In this document: piece by piece, positions 1-13,333 of the stretch
Layout: the number at the start of each line of letters is the position of its first letter
Position numbering within the stretch: the stretch's first letter is position 1
Assembly (NCBI RefSeq): GCF_009834535.1
Contig: NC_045697.1
Span: 7,628,001 to 7,692,000 of the forward strand
DNA: 64,000 bases
Direction: 5' to 3'
Source of the DNA: Camelus ferus
Taxonomy: Eukaryota
Notes under the pieces: model-generated
The model's input: only the letters and a program-made list of their open reading frames with translations
What the model was told of the DNA's origin: nothing
The model's database searches: none
Position numbers and translations under genes: made by a program

Positions 1-444
1 AGAATATTCTATCTTCTTCAAAGATAATAATATTTCCTTGAAACATGCAATCTCTAAACTCTTCATAAAAGGAAAACTTTGTCTTTCCTAGGACAAATAT
101 TTGACAGGTTATTTGGATTATAAATGAAACTTGATAAAGCTCTGAACAAAAATGTTCCTGAGGACAAGGGGTTATTGCCCAAGTCAAGGAGTGAAGTGGG
201 TCTATTATTTTCCTCAAATATACCCCTCAATGATTAAAAAAAAAAAAAAAAGTCTTTTTGGGTAAATTGCAGCCTGGAAAACAGTAGAAGATTTTTTGAA
301 GTTATTTAAAGACCTTAGCTCTTAGAGGATCTTGGACATTCAAGTCTACCCACTTTTATTTTAGTATGATATACTGTGTTCTTCCTCAAATCTAACACAG
401 AATCTCTCATGATTTAGCAAATGAATTTTTTTACTTTAAAATGT

Positions 445-555
445 TTATATACATATATATACACACATACATATCTGTAACATATGTACGTGTATCTTTA
501 TATATACATATACACACACATATATTTGTATATATACATACACAAATATATATAC
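445..555. repeat. Degenerate (TA)n/(CA)n microsatellite
   Basis: tatatacatatatatacacacatacatatc...tatatacatacacaaatatatatac. Confidence 0.85.
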
Positions 556-3500
556 TTAAGATTATAATTTGGTTCCCAAATACTGTAGGATGGATGCAAT
601 CTTGAAACAAATGACTTGCTATCCTGATTATTTCAGTGAGTTACCAGAGATACTTAAAATTTAGATTCAAGTGAATTTAGGTAAAGCAAGTTACTTGAAA
701 AATAGCCAAATGAAATTCAAATTGCCAACTCACTCTGATTTCAAAGCAGTTGTTTGGTTTAATGACAAATTCTCATGCACCTCTAACTCAATAACCACAT
801 AAATAAACAACTAAAATTAATACCCCAAAATAATTTTTTAAAGGTTTGCTTGTATTGGCAGCCTGCCTTCCTAAGCAAGTCTTACCAACATGCTGAACAA
901 ATATGTTTTTGACTATGGATATACAGGACAAAGGAAAAACAAAACAAATACATGAAAGCAGACAACAACATCAAAAGCACTTTCGTGCATAAGGTCGAAT
1001 GTGTGGTAAATAAAAGGTGAATCATTTAACAAAGTTAACATTTCCTGTCCTCTTTACTTATCCAGTTTCTACCTGTAAGTCAGGGAGCCCCCCTCATGTA
1101 TAAACTCCCCCTGAAAATGTCCCTGTTTGCCTAGTGATATTCTTTTGATTTTTTTTCCATTGTGCAAACATTGGCTTTCATTTTTCAAATGAAATAGTGT
1201 TGACACTTAGGGCCAGAACAAGTGGAAGAGATGGATTGCTTCCAGCAGAGAAGACAGGATCAGACTCTTGTCCCTCAAGTATCTCCCCCGCCTCCTCTGT
1301 ACCCTTCACTCATGCCCTGAGACACCTCCCAAGGAACGCAGAGATGCACAGAGCACAACAAATAACCTGCTTATGTATCCTTCCTTCAGCTGGGCTTACT
1401 TTTCTCTAACTTCTGTCCGCTCATCACAGAATGCCATCCAGTTTCTATCCTGTATTACAGCTGTTTATAACCAAGTCTATCTCTCCCTGTAGAGAAGGGA
1501 GAATTCCTGTGTGAGTAATTTTCATATTCTAACCACACAGAGCAAAACAAACAAAAATAATACATTATATAAAAGGCCCACCAATATTTGCTTACTAATT
1601 AAAGCTAGTGTGAATGAGGAGCAGCCATATTGAAATCAAAATTTCTTGTTGGGATCCAACTTGTGGAGGGTGCTGTATGTGACATTAATACATCAAAGGT
1701 GGATTCTGTAGTCAGCGGAAATGCACTGGAGTGACATAAAATATCTATGCTTTAGGAAGTTATGAAAAAAATAAAGTCATTAAAAAAGCAAAAGTAATGA
1801 AAAAGGAAAGAAGAATAAGATCATTAGTTTAGCATCTTAACTTCTAATCCATATACCAATAGCAGAGGTCATTAGACTAAATAGCCCCAAATCAAAATTA
1901 CGTATGACGTATATTGAATAATATGAAATTCTTTATTCCTCAGTTTATCCATCTATAGTGTAGCAAATAATCATTTTTCTACTACCTAGAGTAGTTCTGA
2001 GGTGAGTGTGAAAATACATGTGAAAGCTCTCTATAAATGGGAAAGCACTGTATGGTGTAAGGCACTATAAACAGCTTAAATATCTTTATTTGTACAAATT
2101 CATAAAACACTAACATACATGAAGAGTTAAAATATTTCACAGACATGAAACACATTACAGGATCAGTTTTCTACAGAGTTCTTCTGTAAAAATGACATAG
2201 GCTATTTTGACAACGCAGGCAACAGGCTTAGCTGCTCTCAGAAATGTACATTAGATCATGGGAGAAAAAAGTCACCTTAAGAAATCAAACTCAACCTATG
2301 ATATATAAGACTAGCCAAGAGAAGTAAATATAATAATCAATAAAATATATACTAACTTGAATGAAAGGGTTTAATAAATCAAAATAAGAAGATTATTTTC
2401 AATCAAGGCAGGCAAAGTATATCCCCAGAAAGATACAACTTGACTTTAACTTAATGAAAATAAAATGTCCTATTTAATAGATTGAATTGTAACTTATTTG
2501 GTACAAGGTCATGTTATTATTGAGGATAAATGCAATTAGACTGCTAGAACTGGGCTCCACTTTGCCTGGCATGTAGAAGAGGTGGTTTCACTTTAGATGA
2601 CCTGCCTGGTTTATTGGACAGAAATAACTAAAGGCTATAGAAAGGCAGACACTCAATCCATAAGAGCTTAAATAAAACGCCTAAAATATACCCTCAATTT
2701 ATACATCTGTAAAATTAGGATAAACATTTCTTAATCCATTTCACAGAATTGCTGCTCTAAATATGCAAAGGTACAAATGACTATAAATATTGAATTATCT
2801 GAAATTCCTAACTCAGTGTACCACATATCAGTGCACTTAGGGACCATTGATTATTTTTGTTGTTATTGTTATGATTATTATGACTATCATTTTATTCAAC
2901 ATATGTCCTATCGTGATCTGCCTTCAACATCTTTTTCCAGTTATTTCAACCTATGTATCCAGATGCCAATTAAATGATTCAGGACATACTTGGTGCTTTA
3001 GACTCTCAGGAGTTTTTCTTATTCTATTTGTCTGATAAAAATATTGCCCCACTTATCAAATAGCCAAATTCTGTCCTTAATGTTAGGACTCAGTCAAATG
3101 CTAGGTCTTTCATGAAATTAACTACTCCATCTGGAAATAATTGCTTCCCCTGCTAGGCTTTTATACACCTTTTCTTAACGACTCTTGCCACCCTTTCTTG
3201 CATGAAGAGGAATTTTGGTGGTATTAAAAGTAACACAGACCTGCCTTTATAACTTGGCTCCACCATATTCCAGTTACTTGGAAAAGGAAAGAGAGAACCT
3301 CCTTGCACTTCTATCCTCTTACCAGTATGAAGGTGACCCAGGTATCCTCCTCGCTGTTAAACCGTATCACAAAAGCAAGGTGCCTGGAGCATCCTCTAAT
3401 ACTGATTTGGGAACTCCCCCAATAAAAAGGACCAAATATGACCTTGTCATTCATCTGTAGGTGTTTCCCTATCATATTTGCTAATTGCTCACTTCCTTCT

Positions 3501-3659
3501 TTTGCTCCAAATGAAAAAAGTCATAAAAGTTCTATGTTGTGCTCTGGGTAGCTCCTACTGGAGACCAAAGTTAACAAGTGAGTTGAATGGAATCTTAAGT
3601 GCCCTCAATGTGTTACTATATGTAAAATATAATAATAATTTTAGGTATAGTTAATATTT

Positions 3660-3875
3660 ATTTAGTATTTATGGTATATCAGACATTCTAGTGAGTGCTT
3701 AAGTATGTGGCATTGGCCATCAGCAGTCTCATACAGGTACTATTTTTCTCCGTAACTGATAGGTGAAATAACTGAGGCTTGGAAGGATTCATGTCCTTGA
3801 CCAAGGCCACTCTTGAAATAGATATTTACACAGACAGGAGGTCTCATTATGGAGAGCATGCTTTTGACTACTGTG
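3660..3875 (-). mobile_element. MIR SINE remnant
   Basis: Antisense MIR core: gataggtgaaataactgaggcttggaaggattcatgtccttgaccaaggccac. Confidence 0.7.
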
Positions 3876-5964
3876 ATACGGAGAATTTACACATTATTTA
3901 AAATATCTCTGGCTTTTCCATTTTGAGAAACTGAGGGCTTTTTTTTTTTTTTTGCTTCACTGTGTACAATCCACTAAATATCCAATTGACCAATGAATAG
4001 TCTTTATTTACCTGCCTTCCAATGTGTGGCACCCAATCTATGAAACAGGCTTCAGTTTCCAATTAGATTGATTTGCCAGTGAAGAGAGGGGTGGGTGGTA
4101 AGTGACAACTGGAACTAATCAGTGTCTTTTAAGTTTGTAGGGTGTGAACATCTTTAAGAGTCTAAATGATTAAGGCAAGGGTTAGCTCTTGAAGAACCAT
4201 TAATATCTCCCTAAAAAAAAGTTACCCTTTCTTCCAAAGGCAATTGGAAGAAATTTCAGGATTTGGTTGTTACTAAAAGTTAATTAGAACTGAAATGTTT
4301 GAACATAGTAGAAGCTCCTTAGTCTTTGTTGTGTAAATCGGTAAAAAGCGGGGAAAAAGCACCTATATGGATTAGATCTTCAATCTATGGTTACCTTGCT
4401 ACTTGCAGTGCGCTAAAATTTATTGGAGAGCTGCTATGCACAGGAGTTGTATGCATATTATCTTATTTAATTTCCTCAAAAACCTTGTGAAATTGTAATC
4501 ATTTCACTGTATGCATAAGGAAGCAATGCCATTTATGGTTGGAGTAACCAACTGTCTGTTCCACCATCTTTGATCTACAACTTCCTGAAGACTGAATTGC
4601 TTCTTTGAGTCTCTGGGCAATGTGGAAATCACGTAGCTACAAGGCCTGAAAAGCAAAACAAGGTGGGCATATTTCCTAAAATAGGTTTGACCGTCAGATC
4701 AGAGACTCCTCCTTCCCTGGCTGGATACTCTGTTATTTAAGCGACTAATGAAAGTATTTTCCAGTGACTGTGACCTGGCAGATTTTAGTCCCAGTTCATT
4801 AGATAGCAATAATCTTCTTATTTATCTTAATGTTAACATATTCTCCTGGGGCAGGGGCACCTTGGAAAGAACGTGAATGTTGACTTCATGAATGAAAAGG
4901 AATTGCATATGACAAAGGTTCTGTTCTGACTCCATATGCTTGATCCTTAACAGATCTGCTTTGTTAAGAAAGAGTAATCACACTGACTGTTGATGCGAAA
5001 GCATTAGTCTCAGGATGACATTTTTTACGCATTAAGCATCTGGACTATGACAGGGTAAATCTTCCAGCAATAATTGCTCCAGCAAAGTAGGTGGTGTGGT
5101 TACACCAAAAGGGCACTGGGCGTTGGCCTTCACCCTGGAATTTCCACTGGCCTGTCTGTGGGGCTTTGAGGGAGTTATTCCATCCATTGCTTCTCTCGTC
5201 TGCAAAACGGGGAGGGTGGACTTGATGCTCACTGAGGGTCCTTCTGACCATGTGCTCAATGATTCATGTAGTGATAATTCTAAAGTAATAATTACACTAT
5301 CACCTAGTCATCATTCACTAGCATATTTACTATCACTGTATCATTTATTAAATCACTCTTTTAAACCTAGTAGAATGCTGAACACCTGTTTTTATTTGAA
5401 AAACAATACCTGGTGTTAAAAATATATAGTCCTGTGTATGCCCTTTACTTCTTACTGGATGTGCTTCCTTCAGAGAGTTAACTGGGTTTAACCAGGAATG
5501 TTAACAGATAGGGAAAGCCACTATTTTGTGAATATTTATACCCTATGTGACTGATAATGCCTTACTCATAGCAGTCACTCTGCTGTCACTATTAAAAATA
5601 GTTTTTGTATAACCAAAACAATTATCTTGAGAAATGTGTTTAATTAGAAAGAAAGAAAGAAAAAGAAAAGCACTTTAACCTTCTCCATTTGGGACTTGGG
5701 GAATACTCCAGCTCTCTTCTTCTTTTTAGTTTTAGCCATCCTTTTAGGATTTTTTTTAAATCTCTAATTCCCTTTGGTTTGGGCTCTTTTTCAGTCTCTG
5801 ACCCACTTTGTATACAAATAAGTCTTAGGCTGGGCACCCTAGCTTTGACCTTGTGCACCCTCAGTCTAATGGTACTTCCTATAAAGGCTTCTGGTTGCAG
5901 GTCCCCCACTCATGGGAGACAGCGACTGCCTCCTCCTCCTTCCTGGGTCTCCAGGATCTCACTG

Positions 5965-6375
5965 AAACAGGCTCCAGTTCTCTCAAGGAAAATAAAATAG
6001 GATAATAAGCTAGAGACTCACAAAGGATGAAGAAGCTGAGGGTGAAGTGTGGAAAACAATCCATTGTGGTCAGAGAAAGACTCTCTAGGGAGCTGAAATT
6101 TGAGCTAAGACCTCAATGATGAGAAGGATTCATTCTTAGAAAAATCTGTGGCAAAAGACTACAGACAGGGGGAGGAGTGAGGACCCAGGTTCTGAGAAAG
6201 TCATGTGCTTGGGACATATGAGAAATAGAAAGAAGGCCAATATGGTAAACATAGCAAGGAAGGGGAGCATGACTTAAAGCCAAGCGAAAGATGTAGGCAA
6301 AGGCCAGCCCACAGAGGGCTTCAAAGGACCTAGAAAGTCTTTAGGTTTTATTATAATTGTAACGGGAAGTCACGC
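5965..6375 (-). mobile_element. L2 LINE remnant
   Basis: Antisense L2 motifs: gtggtcagagaaagactctctagggagctgaaatttgagctaagacct, gagaaatagaaagaaggccaatatgg. Confidence 0.7.
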
Positions 6376-7079
6376 AATAATGAATCTTAAGATAAAGGCC
6401 AAGAATTGAGGGCTTCCAGTGACTTTGTTTTAACTACTTTATTGGGGTCATAGGACATGGCTAATTGACAGTTCATCCTGCTATAGAATAAATTAATATT
6501 CAAGAATAAATTCAGTTTATTGCTTTCCATCGAAATAGTGAGGACTGCTACTTATATACCTTGTAAAGATATGACATTTGACTCCATGGACTGTTTCTTC
6601 CTCCTCACCTGTGAGCTCTAGAATCAAAGTACAGGGCAAGCTCTGGTGAGACCTTGAAAGTTATGCCAGCAATATTGTCTCTTCATCCCTTGGCACGTGG
6701 ATACTCTGGTTATGAGTTAAAGGATCATGAACATAGAAGATATGTGCCCATATACGTCCAGCTCAAACTGTGGAACAAATATGACCTTGACCAGAAGGTT
6801 AACAAGTAGTCATGCTCAGACAGGAATGTGTGGGCATCAGGGAATGTTCCAGCAACAGGTGTCTTTGAGACGGAATCTCAGATGGTCCCATAGACAATAT
6901 GCATTTTTCCCCATGTCAAACTCTCCTATTTTCTCTACTTAAAACTCTCAGAGTATTGACTAGGTTTCCATGATCATAGTTTTGGTTAGCCACATGCCTA
7001 AATAGGCCCACTTAAATTACCTTCCCTAGTTGGATATTTCTTATACTGGTCCTTGGTCTTAGTTCATGAGATCCCGTTT

Positions 7080-7576
7080 GTGGTCAACTAAATCATAAAC
7101 CCTAGAAAGATCCTCATTCTAACCCCTAGATTGTGTGAATATCTCACTTTACACGGCAAAAATGCCTTTGTCGGTGTGATTGAATTAAGGATCTTGAGAT
7201 GTGGAGATTAGCCATGTGGGTTCAGTGTAGTCACAAGGTTACTAATAAGAGGGAGATGGAGAGGTCAGAGGAGATGTGACAATACAGCAAGAGTCAGTGA
7301 ATCAGAGAGAGATTTGAAGGTACTACACTCATGGCTTTGAAGATGGAGGAAGACACTGCAGGCTGAAGAACAAGGTGGCCTCTAGAACATAGGAAAATAA
7401 GGGACTGAATTCTTCTCTAAAGTCTCTGAAAGGAACTAGCTTGGATGACACTTCAACTTTAGCCTAGTGAGATTGATTTTGATTTTCTGACCCCTGGAAT
7501 TGTAAGATAATATGTTTGTCATCTAATCTGTCAAGTTTGTGTTAATTCACTGCAGAAGCAATAGTAAATTTAGACA
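7080..7576 (+). mobile_element. MaLR solo LTR (MLT1D-like)
   Basis: ttaaggatcttgagatg, ggctttgaagatggagg, tttagcctagtgaga, gaattgtaagataat, ending gcaatagtaaatttagaca. Confidence 0.85.
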
Positions 7577-9814
7577 TTGTCATTCCTCTCCCATTCAGCC
7601 CTTTTACTTCCGTCCTCTCTATGTGCTTTTGGGATCACTTATTTGGCAGCTGATTTTACACCACAATAGTATCATATCACTTTTATTTTGTATTTATTTT
7701 ATTATGTTTTATAACCAGTTTTAATGTATTAATAGCCTTTTTTTTCCAGGTTAGTTTATCACAGCCTAAGGGATGAGGGGCTGGCAAGGGGGCAGTGGGA
7801 CCCACTGGTCCTGTGCTCTACAGGAGATTGTTCCAGAAGCAATGTTGGGAGAAACTAAGACTAAATCTCAGAACTGTGGGTACATAAAGCTGCCTCTTAC
7901 TAGTAGATGCAAATTGTGGACTGATGGCTAAAAGAATCAATTATTCTTCCCGAGGCCAACTCAATAACAGGAGATAGGATGCCAGAAATTGAGTTTGAGT
8001 TTCAAGGAAATCAATGGAGATACAGAGGGAGCTCCCAGGAATGTGGGCAAGGAAGTGGGGTAGTGATAGTAGCCTAGAGAGGAGAAAGACACAAGGCAAA
8101 AAACTGAGAATCAGGCAGCAAAAGAAAAAGCAAAGTAGAGGAATAATGACAAGAGAAGTAGTCTCTTTGTGATAAAGTCCATTGGTAAAGAGATACTTAG
8201 CAAATGTGTGCTTTTTGCATATATTCAAAACCTTCAGGGAGACTAGGACTCTTAACAGCATATGGGACAGTATTTGGCCTCTCAAAACCCAAGTTGACTT
8301 TACTATTTTCCTGCTATCTTACTGTTGTAACTTTATATACACAGCTACTGGCTGGATCAAATTAAATGCACTTTCTTCTGCTTTTGCATTCAATAAAGTT
8401 TGGAGTTAATACTGTTGAGTCACAGTGAATAATCCTAGTATTAGCCAAATGCCTGGTTATGGCAGTAGCAAGCCATGCATGAAGCTGCTGACCTCCCAAA
8501 CAAAAATGAGCTATTAGCCTAAAGGGATAGCTGACATAGGTTAAGCCATAGCTGGAATAATTTAGTGTCTGAACCATAATATTTAGATCAAAGAGTGGAA
8601 TTTTCCAATTCCATCCAATTTTAGTGGAAATGTATGGGTCTGCGGTCAATAACAATTAAAAATAAACATCCTAAATAACTTAATCTCTTTCTCAATGGGT
8701 TGGACATTCACTTCACTGAATTGTTAGTGCTACCAATTCAATTAAGTGAAGGAAAAGGAAGAACTATGCATTGCAATAAACTTTAGTATTTTCAATAGCT
8801 TAATAAAACGAACATAACCTCAAAAGTGTTCTCCCTTCCAGTGTGCAAGTTTTAATTACTCCATTTTGTATGAAAAGAACTTGTTAAAAATGTCTTAATT
8901 GCTACTTCTGACTGAATGATGTCCTAAGATTGCTGGGATTTGCCTCTCTTTAAAGCACTTCGGGATTGTATTTATAGATCTTACAGGAAAGGACTGCAGA
9001 AGATTAAGAGTGACAATTAGTTCTGAATGCCTAGACATCAGGAGAGGAGCAGAACTCTTGGGGGTGGGGACAGAGGCAGACAGTGGGCAATTGGTTAGGT
9101 TGACGTTGTAACTCAGGAGGCACTGGGTCAGTGTCCCATAAATCATGTATCTTCTTTTATCTTAAAAAAAATCAGGTTTAATTAGCTAAGAGAGATGGAA
9201 ATCACTGATATACATAAGCAAGCAAGGGTAGGATGAGGTGATTTTATAACTGTTTTCTTTTTTATGCTTTTATTTCAACTTTTTTACTGAAAAGGTAAAT
9301 AAAAATGAATCACTCACAATCCCACGACTCTAACATACCAATATAATTGTGCTTTCTTATTATAAGAGTACTTGATCACTGCTGGCAATTCAGAAAAGTT
9401 GAAACCAAAAAGAGGTAAAGAATAAATTAACTATACAAAGAATAAAACCTATTTGAGGAAGATATTTAAGACTTTGAACTGCTTTCAGATTTTTTTTTTT
9501 TCAATGCTCTTCATGAACACTGAGGCATTGGCTGAGACAGCCACCACCCCAAGAGATGCTGGATGCCAGCACAGTTTGGAGCAAAGGCTAAGAGAATAAC
9601 TATTACTTCCAAGGGTGGGTTCAGCAAACCAAGCAGCAGCAGTCCTCAGGCAGCACCGCTCTGAATTCTGAGAATCCATCCATGCCTCTAGTGACGGAGA
9701 AGAGCCAGGCTTCTTCAGAGACAGATTAATTATGCAAGAAAAATGCCCAAATTCTTACAGAACTGCCCAAGCATACTGAGTTTACTTACCAACTAGAGAC
9801 ACTAAAGTTTAAAA

Positions 9815-10215
9815 TGTTTCCAGAGCTGCTCCAGGTCTTTGCTCAAAACCTGCAACCCCTACCTTTAGCAGGAGTTAGCATCAATCTTTAAGTTATAGGG
9901 TCCAGAGACAAGAAAAGAAGTTAGAAAGAAACCACAACAGCAACAAAGACCAGATGGAACCAGCTGGGACCAAGATGGCGACAAATCTGACCTCCAACAG
10001 ACCCTGACTCTCATTATACACGGATCTTACCACATTAGAATATCAATGAAACAGCCAGGATCAGACACTAAGGACCAAAAGAGATAAAAAAGGGTGGAAT
10101 TCCACTCTCTCACCAAAGCCCTCCCCTTCCCCTGGTGGACTGATATATCTGGCTTCCCATCTTTGGCTTTACTCCTCCTCCCTTTATCTTTACCCTTTAA
10201 AATAAAATCTCTCCT
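9815..10215 (+). mobile_element. ERV1 LTR fragment, MER41-like
   Basis: accaagatggcgacaaatctgacctc...ctcattata resembles the MER41-family core; ccagagctgctcca near 5' end; ends not defined. Confidence 0.5.
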
Positions 10216-10429
10216 GAGGAAGAACGCCTTGAGCCAGCTCTGGCCTTGCAGGGTCCATAACGACTTAATTCAGTAGCAAAACCCAGGACACAGCCTAGCT
10301 GTTATGCTGAACAAATTCTAAAATGGAGGCGTAGGTACCAAAGGAGCCTGGGCTTCAGGATTGGCCTGGGCGGGTATGAGCTGGTGCACTGAGTGTTCTG
10401 AATGGTTTGTCTCTTTCCCCCCTTTACAG

Positions 10430-10545
10430 GTAAACACCATGAGGGCAGAGGCTTTGTGTAGTTTACCGCAGTATCCCCAGTGATTAAAGCAACGTCTGGA
10501 AAGCAGTAGCTGCTTTTCAACAAGTATTGGCTGAATTAATTAATT
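10430..10545 (+). mobile_element. L2 3' end
   Basis: gtaaacaccatgagggcagaggctttgt...gtatccccagtg...aagtattggctgaattaat. Confidence 0.75.
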
Positions 10546-11564
10546 AGTTTGGCCAGTGAATGTAAGCATGTCACCTCCCTAGATACCCAGCAAGCTGTGA
10601 GAGGCTAAGGAGAGCAGAGCGTCAGGATGAGGCAACAGGGCAAGTACAAGAGATGGAATGAGACGGCCTGGCTTCCCAGACCCATCGCTCAACATGTGCA
10701 CCTCGGGGACACGTTAGCTAATTTATCTCCACCTCCGCTTTCTCATTCATAAAACAAAGGGATCTGACTCCAGCCAGGCGGCACTAATTCTGTGCCTTGG
10801 TGCCATCGCTGATGCCCTGTGGGTCATGAGACATTTTACTTAACCTTTGTGTCCTCATGGTCCAGGCCCGTCTGTATTAATTGTGGACACTGATCGTATG
10901 ACCAGCAGAGGGTGGCTGTGAATTGGTAAACATGCATAATCTATTGCATATAGGCACTGAGCCGATCTCCTTCTTAATTTTCCTGGAAATGCTATTTATA
11001 ATTAATTTTTGGTTAAAAAAACTTTATGCAGATAGAACCTTGTAGAACCCTGTACCTATGTTTTAAGCTCTCCTTTTTTGCTTGGTTATGTTATTGTTGG
11101 TTTCTAAAGGGAACAGAAGTTTCCATGTAGACAGGAGGCGTGTCTTTCCCCCACATTACTTTACCCTCCATTACCAGCACGATGCCTAGCATACAGGAGG
11201 CACTTAATAGATATTTCCTGATGAATTAATAAAATGGTGATAGTGGTTCTGAAAAGATTTTTTAAATGAAGCCCTGTAATTATAGAAGTTGTTTTATTGT
11301 CATTTCTGAGACCACTTAGTGTTTGGAGTCTTCTAAACTAATAGAAGTTTTTTTTTCCATTCACCATTTTCTTAGCTGTGGGATAGTAATAAATACATCC
11401 CTTGATGTTTGCAAGAAATCTTAAAAAAAAAAAAAAAAGGGAAAAGTAATGTCTTTACATGACATAGAATAGATAATACATAGTTTTAACCTTAATATAT
11501 GGAATCAACCTAAAACAAACAGGAGGACAAAAACACAGATAATGAGGAGGTACCATGGTGCAGT

Positions 11565-12330
11565 TTATTGTTTATTCAAGTATCCAACAGATATTTAAGG
11601 ATGCACACTATTCTCCGGGTCCGAGCTACATAGATGAAGTGATATTCGCCAAAGTTTTAAAGAAATCAGAAAGTAATGCAATGGGGGGCATAAGCAATTC
11701 CACTACAAGATAAATGATGTTACAGAGATGGGGGAAAAAAAAGAGAACACATTTTACTTTGTCTAAATAGATGTTTAGAAAAGTTTCCTGCAGGAAGTGA
11801 CGCATCTTAAGTACTAAATTAAAAAAAAAAAAAAGAATATGAAGTGTCTAGGTGTCAAAATGGGGTCAGATATCCCAGCCAGAGTAATCAGCATCTTCAA
11901 AAATTACAAATGTGTGAAACCATGGCCTGAGTGAGGACTCATGGTTCAAGGTCATTGTTGTGCCAATAAGGAGGTGAGGATGTAGAAGGTGAGTCATATC
12001 TAGTCGGTAATAGAGAAAAAAAATTCTGAAGTGTTTTTGGCTAAAGAGAACTGTGTTTGCCTGTGAGAAAAGTAAGTATGGTGTGTGTATGAAGGATTAA
12101 TTTATTTTGATTTGTAGATAGTTGATGGTAGAGGACAAGAGAACTGATAAAGAAGATATTGTGGAAGATGAGATATTTCAGGAGCTATAAATCTAAGCAA
12201 GGTGATGGCAGTGGAGATGGAGAAGAGAGAATACAGTGAGCAGAACTGAGGGGACTTGGTAACTGCTTGGATACAGGGAACAGAGCTTGGAAGATCTTTC
12301 TGTGTTGTAAGTAAGATCATTTTGGGAAAA
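11565..12330 (-). mobile_element. L2 LINE remnant
   Basis: ttattcaagtatccaacagatatttaagg at the 3' end; ggtgatggcagtggagatggagaagag, agggacttggtaactgcttggata. Confidence 0.65.
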
Positions 12331-12384
12331 GATAATGTGGATCTTCGCAAGGGACTGACTTCAACATGACTGTACACGCCACTG

Positions 12385-12535
12385 ATCTCATCCTAGTGAC
12401 TCCACCCTCCTATCTCATCTAACCCTAATTACCTCCCAAAGACCCTACGTCCAAATACCACCATCACCTTGTAGGAGGCGGGGTTAAGCTTCAATATGTG
12501 AACTTCAGGAGCACACAGACATTCAGTCCATAACA
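12385..12535 (-). mobile_element. MaLR LTR fragment (MLT1A/B-like)
   Basis: ctcatctaaccctaattacctcccaaagaccctacgtccaaatacca...acattcagtccataaca. Confidence 0.8.
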
Positions 12536-12799
12536 ATGACTTACTATCACCAATACATATAAAATTTTGTTTGTTTGGTTTGTTTGTTCTTTAAGTTCCC
12601 ACGCCCTTTGGGAAAATGCTGTGTGTAGATTTGGTGCAAAACAACTACTGATAGCATCTCTTCACTAGTGCCTCTCATTATGGAAGCCCAGGAACGAGGT
12701 TTCCTCTTTCTACCCAGTCATAATCACAGCTAATTATTTGGATTGTGAGTCTTGACAAAAGTATTAAGGGGGGCGGGGCAGTGGTCAGGAGGTGAGACT

Positions 12800-13025
12800 C
12801 GCGCAAGTGCCTGTAGCAACGTTGGTGCAGCCCAGATTGCTCCTGTGATATGGCCTTGTCTGTGGTATCTGCTCCTCCACATGGAGACACCTTGATTATT
12901 GTCCACATTCTCTAAATCTTATTCTCCAGTCTCCCAACAGTTTCGTGAGTTCCCATTTCTTTCCAGTAAATTCTCTTCCTACTTAAGATAACCTAAGTTG
13001 ATTTCTCACAACCAAATCCCTAACA
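12800..13025 (+). mobile_element. Ancient ERVL-class LTR remnant
   Basis: 3' end pattern ctcccaacagtttcgtgagttcc...agtaaattctcttcctacttaagataacctaagttgatttct. Confidence 0.45.
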
Positions 13026-13273
13026 TATCCGGTCCAACAGGTCTTTTCTGGGATTTTCCACAGCAGCTGTGATCGTATCTAATGTGAGTTCTAAACTAGG
13101 AATTAAAATTGTGAACCTTAAGTTATTAAGATACCACTTCTTGCCTCAACTTTGGAAGAGGTGGTAGACGTCCCCTTTGACCCTCTGTAGAATTATCCTG
13201 AGGTTTTATACACCCTTCATGAATGGGCCCCAAGAATAGAGGTCAAAGTTCTGGTTGCACTTAAACTTTTGCT

Positions 13274-13333
13274 TATATGCGTGTGTGTGTGTGTGTGTGC
13301 GTGCGCACGTGCATGTGTACATGTACGTATGTG
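13274..13333. repeat. (GT)n-based alternating purine-pyrimidine tract
   Basis: 60 nt of unbroken RY alternation. Confidence 0.9.
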
